From positions 34,720,001 through 34,784,000 of the forward strand of contig OZ260661.1 in assembly GCA_965285935.1 (NCBI GenBank): a stretch of DNA of 64,000 bases, written 5' to 3'. This document shows, one piece after another, positions 57,229-64,000 of the stretch (the first letter of the stretch is position 1; each line of letters opens with the position of its first letter). Origin of the DNA: Ophelia neglecta. Taxonomy: Eukaryota. A model generated the notes under the pieces. It ran no database searches, was not told the origin of the DNA, and saw only the letters and a program-made list of their open reading frames with translations. The translations under genes and the position numbers were made by a program.

Positions 57229-57599
57229 CAAACTATAATAACCCAGAGCTGACTACGTACACAGGAATGGGCATCTAGGAAATACTAATATTTCTGAATC
57301 CTTTCAAAACTATTTCCTTTTCGAGGAACTGCCTGATGGGAAAACTAACGTGAATTATTTATTGGCATGCTGAGCTAAAAGATCCTTCCCAGAATGCATC
57401 AGCCTATAGATGGTTTCACTCAATTCAAGGCGTCGGGTCATGCTGACATGAATTTAGTCATCCCGTTGCGTGCAGGTTTAACACTTGGCAAGATCCCCAA
57501 GGAAACACAGCAATAACAATATTCGTGAGACATTCAACTGCCCATATTCTGTCACCTGTTGTTCGTTCTCAACATAACGTAAGATGTGCCTCAAGTCGA

Positions 57600-58200
57600 A
57601 ACTTGTTTGAGTGCATTGAGGCTGGTATATGCGGTCTGTTTAAAACTGCTTTTCTTTTCTAGGTCCTGTGTGCTGGCAAATGATTCAAGCGTAGAATCAA
57701 GGGACATTTCGCGACTGCAAAGGAAACACTCCTTAATATGGGCATTTAGGGTGGAGCATTTCACTATCATCGCGCAGGAAGGAGACCGGAAGAGATAAAA
57801 AATAGCTCTTTCCCCCAGATGCGGTCTCGTGCACACGATTTACTACAATATAATGCGGCCCGGGATGCTGTTTCATTCCCACTACTTACTATCTCCTGGC
57901 TTCCAGATTCTATCACTCGCGAACGACTTACTATCTCGTGGCCCCAAGATCCTTGGGGGAACGAGTTAAAAAAATTTCGATGTCCTTCCCGGCTCCCGTA
58001 TACTTACTTCTCCAGAATACTATTTAAAGTCCTTCCTTGATATTCAAGGCCCTGAGCACCAACATTTGTCCATAGTATAAACAACTTCTTTTTGTGTTAT
58101 CTAACCATAGCCTTGTATGCTTCAGATCGGTTGTTCAGCACTTTCAGGCATATATAGAGAACCAGTCTCAAACCATACGTCTGCCCCTCAATCATGTGTT
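57600..58200 (+). mobile_element. Possible highly decayed L2-type LINE RT remnant
   Basis: Weak collinear motifs SRSCVL (cf. SKSC.LDP), ILFKV..DI (cf. ALLKV.NDI), VVQHFQAYIENQSQTIRL (cf. L.WF.SYL.NRSQ.V). Confidence 0.3.
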
Positions 58201-61200
58201 GAAACCTACCTCTTGGGGGAAGAATGCGTTAATAATAAAGTCATTTTTAAAATGTTTATTTAAGCTGGTGGTACTTTGTAGATCACGTTTGATGTATCAT
58301 TGAGACTTAACTTTATACGTGGCATAATTTCGTACAATGTCTGCTAGATATAGGCTATACGTATCGTAAATTAAGCGTTTTGGGAACATTTTCTTATTGT
58401 GAAACAAAGGACTGTACAGTTTCTTAAGGTAAATGAATGGTGTGCAAAGGGTCTCGGGAAGGAAAACGCAAATTGAACAGTATACGCGGGCGCAAACGTC
58501 CATGAAAATGAGATAAATATAATAATGTTTTTCGGCAATTTGAGCATCACAAGGCCACCAACACCTTAAAGCTCTCTTCTCACAGATTGATACATTTCTA
58601 AATCGAAGATTTTGACAGCTCAGTACACGTACCAATCTATAATAGGAGATACTGTTTGACACGGTGATTTATTTGTGGCATACTCGGTGAAATCAATTTA
58701 CTGGGTCTTGAGTGGATCCGGGGTGACACATTGGGGTCATGGCACTCCTTGATATACAAAAGTGAAAGTGCTTCTGGAGGGGGGGGGGGGGGCGATATCC
58801 ATGGCGCATCTCGGATTCGGTTCTGAGCACCACCCCCCCCCCACTCCCCCTCCATGAGGCCCTATCCTAACCATGTAAACATACCAATTTATTTGGATTT
58901 ATGTCACCCTTGGATAATTGCTTTCCTGTGATATATCACTAAAACAGTCTGGCATCACGAAATAGCCATTACAAAGTTATTGGCAAGCCTTTACTTTAAC
59001 ATCCATTCTTTGGGGTCGTTTCTCGCGGTATGCTGGTCCTCTCGAGACATGCTATCCCACATCCAGTCAGGTCAAAGGTAATCTCAATTATTTATTAATT
59101 TTATTGCTTTGTGTCTAGACAATTTGATTGTCCAATTATTCCAAAATTATTCATAATTGGCCTAATTCCCCAGACTTGGATCCACACTAATTAATTGGGA
59201 CTTAGACACCTGCTCAGCTTAATTCCAATTTGCCTTTTTGCAGTCATTTCACTCAAAATGACTATTAGCACAATACTGTTTCGTTGGCCTTTCCACAGTT
59301 GATGTCTAATTTACACTGGGACATGCTTTAAACTTTGTTATCCGAAATGGACAAAGTCAGGGGGCAAAAATATTCCGGCTTGCCGAAGAGCTGAGTGGAC
59401 ACTGTGGTTCAACACTCGGGCCATCTCTGCTAACCTGGGGCCGCGGTCAGTTAATCTCGTGGTCGAGCGAAATCAGCAAAATTGACAAGACCGCCATTGT
59501 TAGCAGTAAAGAGAGATGGTGGCTGGGCAGCCTCAGGCGGGACGAATTAGTATCAGTTGACGGGGCGTTCGCTTGTTGACTGATGAGACGTCTGTTTCCT
59601 CTTCCCCCTTGTTAAACAGGAAAACCATGGAATCGCTGAGGTGGCGTTGCCGCGAATTGGGAACTGAAATCTTTGTTGTCTCGGTACACCTAGGCCATAT
59701 TGGCCAGCGGGGGATCATTTGTTAACGCTGGCCCTTCACTGCGCATGTCATAGATCCCCAGGGATTGACGGAGAAAGGTCAGAAATACCAAGTAATTAGA
59801 ATGCATGGGCGGACTCCACCAAATCTAATAGAGGAAAGTCCAGAGTGGGCCTTCTATAATTTACTACGCTCGACATTGGTTAACATTTAGTACGTGTTTT
59901 GTTTTTTTGCCAAGGGATTGTGGTATTCATTTTCTAATGTTCTGGCGTTAAATGCGAAAACGATCTGGACAATTTGTTTCTTACAAGAAAAATCAGAAAT
60001 TTAAATATTGGAAGGGCCTATACCCTAGGTCTATCCCTGTTAGCCAAGTTTACCTTTTTTTTTATTGATTTCAGGGTTTTTTCAGAAATGTTTGTGAAAA
60101 TTGTACATGTAAATGTGACCCATAATTACAGTATAATAAATTAATCAAGTGCTCATTCAGCTCACATGGAATATTGTCCTCCTGCTACAGACATATAAGA
60201 AATTAGTGTAAAATACATACGGCCATTTCCAGCAGAAGCGCGCCCTCCCTGAAATGACGAAGGGGTAGGTAACCAAAACTTCTCGTATGCTTGCAAAGCT
60301 TCCCAAGAGAGCGGAGCAATTTTAGGTGTTTTTTATTTTAAAAGTAAGATTTATTTCCTTTCCTAGCATTCAAATGCCTGCGCACCTATGACACTAACAC
60401 AAAGCTGACATGTTTTTATGTTCAGTGGTAATAGGCTGGTGAAGGGCTAGTTATGTAGCAGTAAATTCAATTCTATTTTATGATTGGACAATAATAATTA
60501 TACACAGCTCTACCAAGAGCGATTTTGTACAGACGTAAAAATATAACACGGGCTTTATTGAATTTACGGCGCCCTAAACGCGCATGAGAGGCTCCCGGTG
60601 GAAACACTACTATGCAATATACTGTGTTCTCATCCCGACGTATTCAGCGCGTATAAGAACGATGTGCGTCGGTCTAGATAATACATGGTGGATCAATGAA
60701 TACCAAACAAGTAATGCTGAAAAGCTCCGGCGTTTATCTTTTCTTCATGGCATTCCTTTCAGGAGATTAAGGTTTAATTAAAACTTGTACAGTTAAAAAA
60801 TGAAATCATTATAGAGAGCTCTCTGGGAGCCGAATCGCGGCGGGAGAGCGAACTATATATAGGTAACTAACATTCGATATATTAAAATATGCATATTGAC
60901 TGGTTGGTTTCTCAGACTTGTTATATATGTTGTCGGGCCACGACAAGGAGGGCATTACTCCCTATCCATGTAAAAATAATAATAAATAAAAAAAAAACAG
61001 GGAAGCCCCACTCGAAGCAGATCCCATTTCAGTTCTCGCAATTGAAAGTAAACGAGAAGACAACTTTCTTTATTTCATTCGAATATGATGAGGTGATTGT
61101 CAGAAAAATATTCTGATTTGTGAAATGCCCAATAATTTATTTCCAAAAAACATCGAAATTCGCGCCATAGAAGATCACTTTTGGGACATTCTGCAATGAA

Positions 61201-62866
61201 TATGAAACGAGCGGAAGTGTTTAGCCTACAGCATAGGGCCTATCTGTCTGTAAAGATTACCCAGTGCATAGTTGTCCAAAGCTTTGTTTTCTAGTTATGT
61301 CCAACTGTCACTTTCACCGCACCTGATAGCAAGGCTACAGATGTCAAATGTCTTTTTAATTTTTCCCCCACCCATAGTTGCTCTTGGACCTTCGATGAAA
61401 GGCTTAGAATTTTCAAGATTATGGGTCCCAACTTCAACCCTGCTAGGCCAGCGATGTTCCCTGTTTTACTACTAGTCTCCGAATGCCGCTTTAGGAAGCT
61501 GGGTTTAGGCCTATGTATTTCGGCGGAAAGTTAAGAAAGAATACCCTAACCAGAAGAAAAGGAAAAATCCACTGGACGTGTCATTATTGGAAATAGCTAG
61601 AATCAAGACTAAATCTACTCATATGCCCCTTTGCGTACAATCTTGGTTGTATAACAAGAGGCTATAGGAAACATACAATACCATTTTCATTGAGAATCGG
61701 AGTGTTTAATCATGTATCCTTGATAGCTTCTTTTCTAACTAACGGCCTATAGACCATGCAGAGAAAAGCAACATAAAGTGCCTATTACCTGTCCCAGTCA
61801 TATTTTATTCACGAGAACCACTTAACTGAGGATAGTCTCCCGCTATGTCCATGGAAAAATCAGATACTGCCGAACTGGATTCAATGCCGGCGGGGGGGGG
61901 GGGGGGGGGCTATGGGAATGTCCCGTTCCTAGGGTCGCAATTCTGAGTTAAAGCATCATAACTGTCGACCTCATATTTTCCCCAAAGTGCCCTATGACTA
62001 GGGCTCCATTTTGACCAAAACGCCCTAAATAGAGTCAATAGCAAGGGCCTTAGATAGAGCAAAACTTATCCCGATTTGTTGAACAATTAAATAATACGGT
62101 AAATAATTTTTATAGGGGCCCTTACTAAGCCTAATATTTAACATAGATGCTCCAACTAAAGGGGGAGGCCAGTGTGTGTAAGGAAATGCAAATAAAAGGC
62201 TAATCAACTGTAGATGAATTAGCAACTTCAGTCTCTAATAGGCTATAAGCCTAGGACTATAGCATTCGTACTTCAGATTTCATTACCAATTTTATCTAAT
62301 TAAAAGTAGACCTGCCATATCAATAGGCCTATGTCTTAGATGCATATAGGCCTATCACCATTAGCATTTCAATCTGTGTATGTTTCCTTTTCACGGTTTC
62401 AAAATCCTTTTAGATTGTCCCTTGTAATCAATATCAACAAGTCCCTCTATCATCTATTAAATCTCGCTTTTGCACTTTGGCCCTTCTCCAAGGGGCACAT
62501 AGGCCGATAAAGGGTCCAAAACAAAGTTGTGTCTCTCTATAATAAAAGGTATGCCAAGTTGTGGTCGTGAAGTTGCGGGGGACTTGACATATTTATGACC
62601 TTTTAGGGGGCTCAAACGGTCAAATTAAAGGTTTGCCTTGGGAGCGCTTAGCGGAGGAAAATTGCGAGGGTCCCCCTCACGAATGCTATGTTCCAAGATT
62701 TCGAACAGCCCGAATATGCCCAGACGATAGACAATCTGTTTACTTTAAAAGAAAGACCGAAGTTCGCCATTTATTCATCATTTATAATTAGCATTACAAT
62801 GTTCTATACTACTTCCAATTTAATAGTTAGCAGATCAAATCATTCGCCAGGCCGGATTATTTGTCG

Positions 62867-62983
62867 GCCGGAATAGCTCAGTTGGGAGAGCGTTAGACTG
62901 AAGACCTTAAGGCAAGGATAGTATAAGCTCCTAGCTTATACTATCCTTGCTAAAGGTCCCTGGTTCGATCCCGGGTTCCGGCA
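62867..62983 (+). tRNA. tRNA-Phe: tRNA-Phe(GAA) gene or pseudogene with a 44-nt insertion 3' of the anticodon
   Basis: GCCGGAATAGCTCAGTTGGGAGAGCGTTAGACTGAAGA...CTAAAGGTCCCTGGTTCGATCCCGGGTTCCGGCA matches metazoan tRNA-Phe. Anticodon GAA at 62900-62902, acceptor stem GCCGGAA/TTCCGGC fully paired, A and B boxes intact; 117 nt versus the usual 73. Confidence 0.9.
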
Positions 62984-63012
62984 ATGCCGAACAATCCGGC
63001 GGCCGACGAATA

Positions 63013-63018
63013 TTTTTT
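63013..63018 (+). terminator. Pol III terminator (T6) for the tRNA-Phe locus
   Basis: First run of at least 4 T, 30 nt after the tRNA 3' end. Confidence 0.65.
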
Positions 63019-64000
63019 AAAGGTCTGCACTTTTAAAGAGCCTGGAAATGTGCACAAATACATATTACCGTCGATCTAGGCCTAAAAGATATATCAGTTT
63101 TGGCATTATGGGTCACGTTAAATCTAATCGAACCTTTTGCAATGTTTGAACCAGCGTTGCTTGTCCGCTTACTATAAAAGCATCATTCCTTAACAGGAAA
63201 ACTGACGTTAATATTTGGATTTTTTGATTTTACATATCGATTCGATTAAACATATTTTTGATATCAGTGACAGTGTACAGGAAATTCTATTTTTATAATT
63301 TATGATTGATTTATTAATTACCGTGGCAGTTGCAGGGAGAACGACAAATTTAGCGCAAACGCACTGAAAAGGTGAAATTATCTTTATATTCTTCGCTGCT
63401 TTTAGTTTAACAAAATATATGTACACAATATGTACTCCTACATAATACTTAACTTTAGACACACTTCGTATTATGAAGTGGTACCAAAATGAGCTACGAG
63501 AAGTAGTATAGACCCACTCTGGATTTATATGTTCTGATACAATTGGTGAAGAAACTTTTGTGATGTGCCAAAAACAGGGCCACAAATGTATAGTCCATAT
63601 ACTGGCACTTCATTTTATGATCCAAAAGGGAATGTCATCAGGTGACAAACGGAGCTATGGGTAAAGATCCTTCCCGCTTTTTCATTTTATGATCCAATTG
63701 GTCATGATGTGCCAAAAGGAGCTTTGTGTACCCCTTCCTGGTTTTTCAATTTATGAAACAAATATCGATTTCATGTTCCCACAAGAAGCTATGTGGGGTA
63801 AATTTCAACTAGCCATTTCCATATTTTTTACATTTTCGATTCCAAAGGTGAGTGTGCCCAAAGGGGTGTTTTGCATATAGGTAGTTATTTCTGGCTTAGG
63901 TTACAATATCGGTTCTGAATTACCTCAGTTTGATTATCCAGAGATGAGTCGTGTTCGCTTGTTAACGTTGTCCTTTTGGCCATCTAATGTTAGGACTTGC

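Noticed and set aside
62904-62947. Ordinary 44-nt tRNA intron at position 37/38
   Set aside because: Splicing would leave an A31.G39 mismatch and there is no anticodon-intron base pair; kept as an atypical insertion instead.

Overview
AT-rich, intron- and repeat-rich animal genomic DNA, probably a lophotrochozoan invertebrate (inferred from a MetaSINE-like element and the receptor sequence). The main feature is the 5' half of a minus-strand metabotropic glutamate receptor gene (class C GPCR, group III/mGluR8-like). Its coding exons at 42196-41708, 8712-8496, 4319-4032, 3748-3620, [3200-3000 or 2146-1946] and 1035-912 splice in frame to about 482 codons covering the signal peptide and Venus flytrap domain. 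The gene continues off the left edge, and the first coding intron is about 33 kb. Two observations stand out. (1) A tandemly duplicated pair of 201-nt, same-phase exons looks mutually exclusive. It encodes alternative versions of a ligand-pocket segment; one version has furin-type sites and an N-glycosylation sequon, and both lack the canonical glutamate-binding Lys. (2) A tRNA-Phe(GAA) gene at 62867-62983 has intact Pol III signals but is interrupted by a perfect hairpin that does not fit canonical tRNA-intron rules, and its flanks are complementary. The rest is intronic or intergenic DNA with SINE, MITE and decayed LINE remnants. Nearly all short ORFs in the supplied track are spurious.
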